Position numbers and translations under genes: made by a program. Shown here in pieces: positions 24,721 to 36,638 of a DNA stretch of 64,000 bases. Below the pieces are notes generated by a model. It did not search any database and was not told the DNA's origin. It saw only the letters and a list, made by a program, of their open reading frames with translations. The DNA is from Lama glama (taxonomy: Eukaryota), in NCBI GenBank assembly GCA_028534125.1, contig CM052817.1, positions 41,542,001-41,606,000 on the forward strand, written 5' to 3'. Within the stretch, counting starts at the first letter, position 1. Every line of letters begins with the position of its first letter.

Positions 24721-24844
24721 TTTTTCTTTTTCTTAAACATTTTTTAGTGAGTTATAGTCATTTTACAATGCTGTGTCAAATTCCAGTGTAGAGTGCAAGT
24801 TTTCAGTTATACATGAACATACATACATTAATTGTCGCATTGCG
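24721..24844 (-). mobile_element. Short L1 3' tip, sense to BMP3
   Basis: Reverse complement matches the L1 3' end (ctggaatttgacacagcattgtaaaatgactata); T-rich tail; TSD core AACTTTTCA at 24712-24720 and 24850-24858. Confidence 0.75.
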
Positions 24845-25751
24845 AACATAACTTTTCAAATAGGTCTCTTCTCATATACTGAAGAACAGGAGTTTGGCAG
24901 TAGCCTTCTCTTTCTTCCCCATGAATAGCATTGATTTATCTAAGGAGAAGATATTGATACTGAAATACCGGTGAGTAAAAATATGCTTTTGTGTTCACTA
25001 CTTCTATTCTGAAATATTCTGATACTTCCCTGTTTGGAATCATTGAATCAGAACATGGAGGTATACTTTCTGATTAATAAGAACAAACTGATACGATAAT
25101 ATTAAAAAAACACAGTGGATGTTATCAGGTTACAAAACAAAAGCTTGTATATTTTTAGGCTGTTTGCAGTTTACATCTACTAGAAAACATTAACGTATGC
25201 CACACCAATCCAATTGTATCTAGAGTGGCATGTTTAATTCTGGGTGCTCTCATTTTAACTAGTTTTTGACACAGAAGAGAGCAACTAGGAAAGTAACCAA
25301 GAAGTTGGTCTTAAAATTCTCTCTTACAAATTTGAGCTGAATAAATAGAAAATGCACGGCTTGGAGGAAGGGAAAAAAAAGATTAAGCAGGGACATGAGA
25401 ATTGTTTGCAAATGCTGGAGGGGCTGCAGAGAGATTCAGAGAGATCAGAGGTTTTCTTTCAGTGTCAAAGATAAGAATTAAGTCTAGAGGTGACAGTTGA
25501 ATGCAGTCAGAATCCAGGTCAACGTAGGTAATGACTTTCTAAGTGTCCAGCCTGACGGTGAGACCCCTCTGTGGGAACAGGCAGACAGGAGATAGGTGGT
25601 CACAATTCAAGACTATTAAAGGAGGATCACTTTATGGGAGGGGAGGCATGAAAGGTGAACGGGATAACTTCTCAGATCCCTTGCAAGGAACTACAGTAGA
25701 CTTTATTCCCAGCTCCTCACGAAGAATGTATTTGCTGTCAAAATATAACTA

Positions 25752-25767
25752 CCAATAGGTGGCGCTG
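25752..25767 (+). promoter_or_regulatory. Candidate CTCF motif in intron 1
   Basis: CCAATAGGTGGCGCTG against the consensus CCASYAGRKGGCRS (one mismatch). Confidence 0.55.
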
Positions 25768-27959
25768 TTCTCTTACTGTTTGCAGGCAGCAGCCCGAGCG
25801 TGGATTTTCCTTGCTGAGACTACACCTACAGCTGTCAAGCTGGGATGAACCGCTGTTGGCATTATAGTCTTATTTTGAATTTTCTGGAGTCATAATATCA
25901 GTGAAATAAAAGTGGGTTTAGAAGTCAGGTAAGTTTCAGAACAAGACACCCTTTCCTTTGCACAGCTGTTAGGATTTTGCAGCGGCTGCCACTTCTTGAA
26001 ATGCCTTCATCCAGCCTAGTTCTCCTGGAATGTCTAGGTTTGGTTTTTAAAGCAAAGCAGAGGCAAACTTGTCATGGTAGCCCACTCCCTTGGATCAGAC
26101 CCTGCCTCTTTTACTCTTTTCATCATCTTTGTTCCTTCCATAAATTCCTTAAAGACAAAGCCCTGTAGTGATGACATCAGACTCTTCTACCCCCAGCTAC
26201 TCTTTAGCGGTGCTCAATAAACGCTTCTTTCATGAATAAACAGATTTAGTCCAACCTATTAATTGCAGAAATACAAAAATGAAGGACCATAAAAGTCAGC
26301 CAGCCAGTAAGCACTGATTTTGGAGAGGAACCCAGGTCTTCTATTACCCATATGGATGGGGTTTTTTTGGGTTTTTTTTTTAGTTTGATTATTAGATAAA
26401 AGTAGGAGATTTATTTCTGTTTTCATCTGAAAAGAAAGCACCTGCACCTCATGAAACGAAGGATTCAGCAAGGAGACTGTGACTTGGGCCCAGCCATCCT
26501 ATTGCAACAGTTCGGTTCCTCTCAAGGAGTAGCCGAGGCAGTGCCCAGGGAGCGGTAAGTGGAAGTTCACCTTCGTGCCGGCCCACACAGAACGTTTTCA
26601 AAGGGAAATAGAATGTACAATGGAAAGCTTTCTATGTAAAGTCTGACTTTAAAACAAATAGACTAAATGAAATCTTGATGATTAGTTAAATCCCCAGGAA
26701 GCAGGGAAAACATTTTAGTCATACAGAAAATATGTAACTAAGAACAACTCTTTTTCCACCTCTTTCTCCAAACAAAGCACAGCTGCTGGAAATGCCAGGG
26801 GTGCCTAGGACAGGGCCACATACACCTGGAGCCACTGGCTGAATGGTTGCTGCTTGGCAGAGTCAAGGCTGCAGCTTCTATCTGCCACCTTCAGCTTCTA
26901 GACAAACGCAAGACAGAGAGATTCTAAATAGAACACAAAGTCACAGAATTTTGTTTTTCTTGTGGAGTCCCAGTCAAATGACTGAGTTTTATGGGATCTC
27001 AAAACAACCAGTCTCTATGTCCAAAGTAAGACATGGCCAAAGATGATATAATGTACTCTTTTCTAGAACAGCAAAATATTCATTAATCAGTTTATCTACT
27101 CTTAGCCTCCACCCAAGGGCATTCCTAGACTGTGAGCTCTCAGAGGGCAGACCTATGTTCTAATAAATCTTTGAACTCCTAGGCCTTTGCACAGTCTGGG
27201 GCATTGATCTTCTGAAAAATATTTGTTAAGTGTGTCAAATGAGCAACTGTGTAAACTTAACCAGATTCTAAAGTGTTTCCTACTTAACACCAAAGGGAAA
27301 AAACTTTCAAGAAGTTTCAAGTTCACAAAGTCAGCAAAAGGCCTTCTTGGGTATAAGCACTGTTTGGAGTTTACCTTCCGCTCATCAGAGAAAAAGCATC
27401 ACTAGAACAGTGGTATATGAAGTAGAACAGTGCTGTCATACAATATATATGTGGTAAAATGCCTCCTGGGAAATCCTTTCATGGCAAGTTTATTTTTAAA
27501 GCATCCTTTGCCTGGCTGGTAGCTTTTCTACTAGCTTTTTTTTTTTTTTAACTATCTTTTCTTATCTAGTCCCTTGAACATCTAACTCAGCTCAACTGAA
27601 GTATTTCTCGAGTGCCTACTGTGTGGTAAACTATGCCAGGTCCTCAGAATACAAGCATGAAATGAGATATGCTCTTTGCTCTCCAGAGACTTGGCCCCCA
27701 CTCCATCATCCTCTTTCTAGCAAAACTATCAGGCCCCAAACTCACTGCAGCTGTGAAAGAAGAGTAAGACATCTTTATTAACTTACTTTTGAACTTCTCC
27801 CCAGGGCAAAACTGTCATAAAGACATTAATATACCTTCCAAAGTGAAAGAAACTTGCCCTTATGTAAATTGGACCATTTGTCCAGATGAGACGTTAGTCA
27901 ATCGTAGATTTCAGACGCTAGTTATAAGATAGTCAGAGCTCCAGGGACCTGAGCTCAGA

Positions 27960-28131
27960 GCACAGTATCTCAGACATGCATCAGCATCACCCTGATGGCT
28001 TATGAAAGCAGGGGTTTCTGTGCCTCACCCTCAGTGTGTGATTCAGATAGCTGGGGTGGTGGGCTGGAGAATTTCTAGCAAGTTCCCAGGTGATGCTGAT
28101 GCTGCTAATCCAGGGACCAGACTTTGAGAAC
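27960..28131. mobile_element. MER5A (hAT-Charlie)
   Basis: tgcatcagcatcacc...tttctagcaagttcccaggtgatgctgatgctgct...ccagggaccagactttgagaac. Confidence 0.8.
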
Positions 28132-29938
28132 AAATAACCTCAAGAAATCACTATGAAAAGTGCGATCCTGCTCCACTAAGCCACCAAAGTCAGGACAGAA
28201 ATGGTAACTTCTTGAATGCAGGTTTGGGATATCACACCTTGTAAGAGGACTACCACCTTTTCATTTTACATTGCCTCCCAGACACAGCCTTTGTGCTACA
28301 AACAATTGCACACTATTAGGATTTTTAGGTGTGTTTAAGGTTTTGAAGGAAGCTAGAGAGATAATCTCTAAAATATTAGGGCTTCTAAGCTTTTAATGAA
28401 TTTTCACATTCATTTTCTCAATTAGGTTTCACCATCTTCCTGTGAGACCAGCACAGTAGATGTGGTTTAACACATCTGACAGAGGAATAAACTAGGTCTA
28501 GTAATATTAGATGACTTTATTAGTAAGCAGTTCAGCCAAGATGAGCATTTGGATCTCTTAATGCTTATTCAGCTTCAGGTAATAGAAAAATCGAAACTCT
28601 AGGAATCTCTTCTCTTCTTGAAAACAATTTATCTTAACCCATGCCTAAGTGCAGCAATTACACTCAATTCAAACAGTATCTAGATTAATTCCATGCAATT
28701 AAATTAAAATTTTCTTTGGAGGAAAAGCAAATAAGATCATGTTGGACCTCTGTAGTTTTAACTATAAAGTCAGAGGACTGAGCAAAGAACCTTTTATTTC
28801 TAAAACTACTGGATGCAAATGATTTTATCTAAGGAATATTTAACATTTACTCACTATAACATTTAATATTTAATAATAATGTTTAATTTGACTCACTTGA
28901 TACAGTAAGAACATACTGAAGTTGCTAATACAGTAGGATCAGTTTGTCCAAACACCTTTATTCACAGTGTGCCCAAATGTGGTTCTATTGTCAAGAAAAG
29001 ATGGATCTTAAAGGAAGGCAGATCATTGAAGGAGTCAGTAAAACACCATAGTCAATTGGCTTTATGACTTACATGTGGCTATTTTAGATAAATAGACATC
29101 CATGCCTTTAATAAAATTATCCCTGAAAATGCGTGTTGCCAACAGTACTGCTTTATGTACCAATACTCTAGTACAACCAATACTAACATGTGAACAGACC
29201 AGCAATTTTATGGATTTCTCAATATATTCCGTAGATGGGGGCTCTTTAGTCACACTGCTATGGTTTATTACTGTCCAGATATCATCCTGGTATACTTGTG
29301 TCACTTGATTGATACTATGTCAATGTTTCCATTACAAAATTCTATTTTCATGAATTCATAACATAGTCATAAAATTCACTATGACTAGAAACTTGGCCTT
29401 GGAAGGTTCAAGCTGAGACTATTTGTGATGCCAGACTTCTTTCCACTATACCACTTAAATAAAATTCTTAAGATACTGATTCCTAGGACATTCAAATTGA
29501 ATAGATGGGAAAAGCATCAAAATTTTGGGAGAAAAGTTCTGATGTGAGAGCACAAAAATCCTGGCGAGCAAATACAAAGTATATGCACAGTTGCTCAGTA
29601 ATTTTCACTAGGTTTTTGATAGGCATGGCTTTTATTCTATCTAATGAATCCTACAAACAATGGAGATTTTATAAAGGATTTGATAGATGTCTAAAACCAA
29701 GGGATGAATGATGATAAAATATTAACAATGTAATGTGTATGATTTCTAGTTAATTTTCCCACAAATAAAATAGCTCTTCTTTTAAAAGGGTAAAACTAGA
29801 TGTCAAATAAAAAATATTAATCCTATAGAAGAAAACAATGAAGGAAAATTCATAAAGAAACAGGCAAAATAAAATTAGTGACAGAAAGTCTAAAACTAGA
29901 TTCAGAGAAGTTTGAGACAAGAAAGCAGGAAGATGGAA

Positions 29939-30204
29939 CAGTCGCCCTTTGGTATCCACAGGGAACTGGCTGCAGGACCCCTACGGAGACCAAAATCCAC
30001 AGGTGCTTTAAGTCCCTTATATAAAGTGGCATAGTATTTGCATATGGCCTACACACAGCCTCTCGTATACTTTAAATCATCTCTAAATTGTTATGATTTG
30101 GCAAAATCAAGTTTTGCTTTTTGGAAATTTCTAGAAATTTTTTTCCTGAATGTTTTCAATCTCTAGTTGGATCTGTAGAACCCAGGGATATTGAGGGCCA
30201 ACGG
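29939..30204 (+). mobile_element. MER2-like Tigger MITE
   Basis: cagtcgccctttggtatcc...caggacccc...accaaaatcc...aagtcccttatataaagtggcatagtatttgcata...ggatattgagggccaacgg followed by TA. Confidence 0.8.
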
Positions 30205-33200
30205 TACAATGCCAACTGGACTCAAGTCCAAAAGGTAACAATGTAAGTAAACACCCTGAGATGGGTACTAAATGGGAGATGAAAAGGGAGACAGTTTTCA
30301 GCTGTAATATTCACTTGATTTTGCATACTTTTTTCCTTGAGAAATTAGGAAGACTCTGAAGCAGTGATTCCCCAAACAGATATCTTAGAATCACATTTCT
30401 CTGAAATGCTCTCTCAGAGAGAAAGTGATCCACTCTTAAGCAGATTCACTAGTGTTTAAAGGCCCTGAAAGGTCCCAAAGCAAAGAAAACCGCTCATTTT
30501 TTCTCCAGCTTATTTGACCATGGAATGCAATTTTATGTAACACCTGTTAACATTTTCTAAAGACCCTCTTTTATAAAATTTTCTCTTAGAAAATTAGATC
30601 AGATTATTAGAAATAATAAGTTTTGAGATGAGCTCAGTATGTTTGAAAAATTGTCTGGCAAAAATATCCTGATGCCCATTTCTTCCATTTATATACAAGG
30701 TTGGACTTGCTTTCTTTAAAGCCTCTTCCAAATACAAAATTATATAATTCCAAAATGCTTAAGAGCAGATTTGACAGTCACAGCCCTATTTAATTTTTAG
30801 AAAAATCTGAACTGGCTCAATCAAGTGCTTATAAACTTCCACTGATTAGATAAAATGTCTGTAACTCTTAATATTTTCTGAATTTTATATATATATATAA
30901 TACATATATATATAATATAATATATATTAATGTACAAATATTCCCTGAGTGAATTATCTGCTTAGGGAATTTTTTTCATTGACCCCCATGGTTTCTTGGT
31001 CTCTTTGATTATGTCTAACTATGCTAAAAAGCTAAATTGAAATTATTTTCTTATGTAACTCATTTTCTTTCTCCTTTCCATTAGCATAGATAATCAAGAA
31101 TTCATGGTATTGTGGATTTTTAAATGTCAGAGATTGTAAAGCTGTCTTGTCTATTACAGTAAAAACTTCATTAAGGGCTATCATGTATTCAAAGTAGAGT
31201 GTAATTCAAAGCAGCTGCACATCCAGCTCCCCATCTCCAGATGTACTATTGTCCTTTGAATAAACACATCAGATAATCTAATGCTCTTTAATTTTAAGCC
31301 TCATTTCTAGGTGCCAGAAATTTTAAGGTAATTCTGTTTTAGTAAAGTTATTATATCCCCTTGCCATCAAACCCATCAAAAATGATGCGTTCCCATGCAT
31401 TTCACAGGGCTGGCTCCTACTGGAATGATTATTCAGCCCTCGGTTATATCTTTCCCAAATGTATATATATTTTAGCCTTGTACTTTAGAAACATGTCAAA
31501 TGATAGTTATTCATTTTTAAAGATTTTTGGTCATAGCAGGAAAGACTCTCCCCTTTCTCATTGAAGGAAAATATTCACATTTGAGTCCATCTTTCCTCAA
31601 ATTTCTTTTCTTTTTATCTATGAAGTCTGTGTGGTTTTTTTAAAAGGTGACACATATCTACTGAAATGCAATCTTTTTGTAGTTATATGCCGAAAATTAA
31701 AATAATGATAGTTTCCTAATAAGAACACATGTGTTCTAATCACTTTTCCTAAATAGGTTAAATTTATGATTGAGAAAAATAAGATTAAGTGACTATGGGA
31801 ATGATGAGAAACTAATGAACACAAAGTATGTATCTTAAAGGACTGAGCCAGGAGAAAACCTCATGTAAAATATTCTTTTTTTTTTATTATTATTACATAG
31901 AAGCCAAGGACAACTTAAACTAAGATGAAAATAAAAGCTGATTTCATATCCCTCTTGTCTTCCTTCAAGACGTTGTGTTTTTCTACAGCTGAACTTCTCT
32001 GTCATCAATAATTTTGTAAATTACCTTTTACAAAGGGAAAGATAAAACCTATCTTTATGTAAGCCCTTACACATCACAAAAAGACTCAGGAGCGCTCCAA
32101 ACTTACGGTTTGGCAAACCAACGGCATAGCGTTGAGGGAGGAGAAAAGGGTTAGCAGAAAGTGTATTTAGGATGAATGCCACCCACCATCAAGTAATAGT
32201 TTAAGTAGAAAGTAATCAGAGGGAGACCACAGCAGCTGAATTTCAACCAAAGATATTCTAGGTTCAGAACAATAAATAATTTTAATCAGGTATGTTCCAA
32301 GGAGCAAATAGGGCTCTAAGCCTCTAACTCAGCCTAGGTAAGCACTGGGAAAGTCTGCCGGAGCAGCATGCACTCCACAGACACGGCACGCACCTGACTT
32401 CCCATTAAAATCTGTCGCATCCTTGGTACAGGGAAGCCCATATGTTGTGAAACCTAGACACTACGGACTAGAAAACATACCTAATTTGTTAATGCAGACA
32501 GCACCTTTCACCTACATCAGAGCATATGTCACAGGACGAAAGGTGTTATGGAAATGCTGATAATGGATAAAGGAGAGAGACACACATGAAAGCCTCAGCA
32601 CCTTCCTAGAGTCCTGCCTTATTAGAGCCAAAACTGCTGTATAGTAAGTCTTTTCAGTGTGGTAGTAACTAAACACTCTTGGAAGGGGTCCAATGCGAAC
32701 CACCTCTCCAGGAGTCTCCAGTGTAGTAACAGGACACTTAAGCTTCCACAAGAACCAGTGTCTACATTTGATAAATAAGTCATTAAGACAGTCTGTAGGA
32801 TGCTAAAGGAATTACTTTTCTTATCAGGGCACGTAGCCTTGTATATATGCTTCAAGCTGCAATTCATCATTTCAAGGAACTTCTGGCCTCCGTATCAGAG
32901 TTTATCATTTGCTGGTATAAGACTGCAGAGAGGCTGATAAGGGACACTTTAAAATTATAATGCATGGAATGAGTTGAAGCCAGAAAGTAAAGGGGCCTGA
33001 GTTATTCAAAGCCTTATTCTTCTCCCACTCATGGTTCCCTGATCCTAAAACAAACCTATAAAACACTATACAATAGATGTGCATGAAACAAACTTCTATT
33101 CCACCTCCAAATCTTGTGATTCATACTAAAATGAAATTTGCTGATATCAAAAATACTATTCATCTCTTGGGTGCCTCAGCAGCTTCTTAGGAATATTACC

Positions 33201-34724
33201 AAGAAAATGAACATCGAGGTAAGAGTGATTTGAGTACCTTCAGTATTGCCACCTGCCTTGCCCATTCAACTTCCTTCCAACTCTTGCTTCTCCCACCCTG
33301 CTCCTTCATCGAGCTCTGCCCTCAGAGCGGCACTGGAGTAAACAGGGCATTCACTGGTGTGGTCAGCTGTCAGGACAGCCTCCTCAAGTGGCTGGCATAT
33401 GATGGACAACCCAGAGCAGGTTTCTGTTTCCTTAGTAGAGGCCAGCTCCTTATAGATCATGCTCGTGGTTTTAAGCAGCAAGTGAAATCTGGTTCAGCTC
33501 AGACTCTAGCTAAAGACTTCTGCATTAGAAAGCATAATTCACATTTATTGTAAATGTCATCATGCCTGTGAGCTCCAGAGTGTATTTACAGTGTCAGCCT
33601 AGGGCTTTCCTTGATGGATGCTTGCATGTTCCTCTTTTCCAGGAGTCCTGCATATCAAAGCTTTGGGAGATTTCTTTCTAGTGATTCTGACAGAATTGAT
33701 AGAGCAAGCGTGAGGCATGGCCTCGTTACTTGACGATTCTTGGCTATTTTTCAAGGGTTCACTGAAGACAGGCTTTGCAGTTACATTTCCCTTTGTCATG
33801 AATGTAGTGAACAAAAAAAGCCTGGTGCATCCTCAAAGCATAGAAACCGAGTTAGTGTCCAGGAAACTTTCCCTCAAGCTGTTAGCACAAGAGAGGCAGG
33901 CTGTTAGCGTAAGTTATTCGCCTCACCAAGGGGGCCAGGAGAAACCGTGTTAAGCCATGAATTTCAGTCGGCAGTGATCTGTGTGTTGAAAAATGGGATG
34001 AGCAGATTTTCATCGGCAGATTCCAAGAGGTGTTTACATCTATGGCTGCTCACCTCCCTCCCAACTCCTCCCAGGGTGGGTGGTACAATCCCTATTTGCC
34101 CAGATGGCTTTTAAATAATCGAAACACCCGAGCACCTGGTTTAGTTTGGGTTTGCCACCAAGGGACTATCAAGTGGAAAGTGTCAAATATCGTTAACACA
34201 GAGACCGTGAGTTAAGAGAGAGTGCAAAATCTGGAGAAGCGACGGTCTACAAGGCGACGGGAGCGCGTGTAGTTCAAGTGTGACTTTTCTCTCTGGTGCC
34301 CTGGGGTTGGCATAAAATGACATCTGCCTTTAAGTAAACATGGCTAAAGCCCAGTCCAAGGGAATTTCCGCTGACCGACTAAAGAAACACCGGCACAAGA
34401 TACCCCAGAGTTGCCCCAGACACCCAGGGCAGGAGGACTCCGGTGGGCGGCGAGGTGGGGAGCTTCCTTTGCTCCACGCACTTTCTCCAGCCGAACCCCC
34501 TCCAGGCCTGGGCGCCCTTCTCTCCAATTCTTCCTCTCAATTCGGACTCTATAATTGGGCTGACTCACAGGCGGAATGCGGGATGGGACTGCACCGAGGG
34601 GCTCGGAGGGCAGCTGGGGGCCGAGGGAAGGTTTCTAGGCAGCACAGGTCAGATGAGAAAGCTGCGGGGGTCCCAGGAAACATCTGGGCCGGGACCACGG
34701 AAAGGGGGGGACTCGGGCACTCAC

Positions 34725-35049
34725 CTGCTGCTCCGGCTCGAAAGCTGCGAACCGTGTTGCCCTCCCGCAGGAGCTGGGGCCGCAGGGGCGGAGAGCTCAG
34801 TTGAGAGGACCCTGGTGTCCGCGCTGTCGCGGCTCTGTCACTGCCGCTGTACCTGTCGTAGAGTCGCAGCATGTGCTCTGACACCTTGTCGTGCGGCTGC
34901 AGCAGGGGGTCTGCGCCACCACCTGCGGTGCGGTCACCCGGCACAGCCTTGCGGATCTCCGGGAAATGCTGCTTGAGTGTCTGTCCCCGCGCCAGGCTCA
35001 CGCACAAGCAGCCCAGCCATAGATAGAGCAGTCTGCGCGTCCCAGCCAT
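34725..35049 (-). CDS. BMP3: BMP3 coding exon 1 (signal peptide and N-terminal prodomain; 108 codons + 1 nt)
   Basis: Translates [22 protein letters not shown]...[18 protein letters not shown]...[15 protein letters not shown], matching the BMP3 N-terminus. Strong Kozak context (gctATGg). Donor CAG|gtgagt with the intron starting at 34724, phase 1. Confidence 0.97.
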
Positions 35050-35551
35050 AGCGAGGTCCCGGCACCGAGCGTCTGCTGCCGCGTCCCGGGGGCGGGGGAG
35101 GACCCTCTAAGGCGCGAGGGGCCCGCGGCAGAGCCAAGGGCTGAACTCACAACTACCTGGTGCAAGGGCGCCCAGAGCGCGGACGCTGCCTGAGCAGGAC
35201 AGCGACAAGCCCCACTTTTCGCGCGGGCCGATCACGGACCGGCAGGTGGGCTCTTCCCGGGCAGCGGCGAGGACCTCACCAAGCGCAGGGCGCTGCCAGG
35301 ACCGTCTGTACTCGGACGCCGAAGAGCTGAAGTCGCGGCGTGTGTGGCCGGGGTGTTTTCGGATCTGTCCGTACCCTCTCTCCCCCCTTTATTTTCGGGA
35401 ACAGCCTGCCGAAGCGACCGCGCTGCGCACGGGGACCAGCGCTGAGTCGGGCGCAGAGCCCGAGCCGGGTTGAGCGCCGCGGGCCGGAGGGCGCTCGTTC
35501 GCCTTTTGCAAGGATTGGAGCAGCCGCGGTGCAGCCGGATCGAGTTTTGAA

Positions 35552-35615
35552 TGTGTGTGTGAGTGTGTGTGTTTGTGTGTATGTGTGTGGGGGGGGAGGG
35601 AGAAAGAGAGAGAGA
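35552..35615. repeat. Imperfect (TG)n, G-run and (GA)n at the BMP3 promoter/5' leader
   Basis: Seen directly. Confidence 0.9.
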
Positions 35616-36344
35616 CTTCGTTCCCTGGCTGATGTGTACAGTCCGCCGCCAATCTCACTATCTCCCTTGCGCTCGCTCGCAGGCAGCTGGGACCCCTCTA
35701 TAGCCAGGAGCGAAGGGAAGAGGGAAGTAACCGGCAAACTAGCAGGGGAAGGAGGGGAAAGAAGAGGAAGTAGGGGTGGGGGTGGTTGGGAAGAGGAGGG
35801 GGTAAAGGAGACGGTCGAGGAAGAAAGAAAGGGCAGAAGGGAGTGGGTGTTATTTTTTGATCCCATCAAGAACTTTGGCTGTTTCCTGGCCAGCAAGCGA
35901 GCAGAGGAAAATAAACTTCTTCCTGGATTCTTTCTCCTTTGCTTCCAAATAAAATAGAGAGGTGCACACCATCCTCATTTCCTTTCCTGGGCGTCTCCTG
36001 ATCCAGGTTGCGGATCCTGATCTGTGCTGGGTTGCCATCTCTCCTTGTCTCTCTGAGAGCTTACCCATCATAGCTCCTTCTCTTCTGCATCTTTACTTTG
36101 CATCTCCCTCCTCCTCAGGAGAAAGATACGGTGCCAGTCAATCCCGTCTTAAAACAAATAAACCGACAAGCAAACACACCACAAACACTCACCTACCCCT
36201 ACTTTCCCCCTCAAGAGGTTTGTCTCCAAGATTGCAGGCCCTGGGGAAACAGAAGGACTTCTGGGAGACGCTGGAATCCACAGCCGGCTTAACTCTGAGA
36301 TCTTTCCTCACCCTCTCTTCCCTGGGGGTAAAATGGTGACTAAA

Positions 36345-36540
36345 CTATTAGCTAACAGTTTACTGCTCACTTATCATGCCCTAGGTACTCATTGTTCTTT
36401 TTATTTCAAATGTATTATCTTCAAAGGAAGCCCATTTTACAGATGAGGAAACTGAGACAAAAGGATACTCATGGATGGCAGAGCTGAGCTCCAAATTCAG
36501 GGAGTCTGGCTCCTGGGCTCAGGTCCTTTATCACCAATCA
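36345..36540 (-). mobile_element. MIR SINE upstream of the promoter
   Basis: cccattttacagatgaggaaactgag MIR core. Confidence 0.75.
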
Positions 36541-36569
36541 CCACACTATTAATAATGAAACTAGCATGT

Positions 36570-36638
36570 AAAAAAATTAATTGAAGTATAGTTAGTTACA
36601 ATGTGTCAATTTCTGGTGTACAGCACAATGTCCCAGTC
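36570..36638 (-). mobile_element. ~69-bp L1 3' tip with a 16-bp TSD
   Basis: ttgaagtatagt...tgtgtcaatttctggtgtacagca is the reverse complement of the L1 3' end; AATGAAACTAGCATGT (36554-36569) resembles AATGAAACTACCATTT (36639-36654). Confidence 0.8.

Larger units (their letters stand above)
19384..34724 (-). other. BMP3: BMP3 intron 1 (15341 bp, GT-AG)
   Basis: Defined by the splice sites of exons 1 and 2. Candidate branch point CTTAC with A at 19410, 26 nt upstream of the AG. Confidence 0.93.
34230..35720. promoter_or_regulatory. CpG island covering the BMP3 promoter, 5' UTR, exon 1 and start of intron 1
   Basis: Visibly high GC and dense CpG against a CpG-depleted background. CCAAT at 35649-35653 (+) and ~35514-35518 (-); TATA-like TATAGA (~35697-35702) and AATAAA (35388-35393) on the minus strand. 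Confidence 0.9.

Noticed and set aside
34549..34724. Extension of the exon 1 ORF to 166 aa
   Set aside because: Read-through past the strong GTGAGT donor into intron 1; BMP3 similarity ends at the donor.
34330..36339. Several long ORFs (125-206 aa) around exon 1 and the promoter
   Set aside because: Expected from stop-codon scarcity in a CpG island with simple repeats; the peptides are low-complexity.
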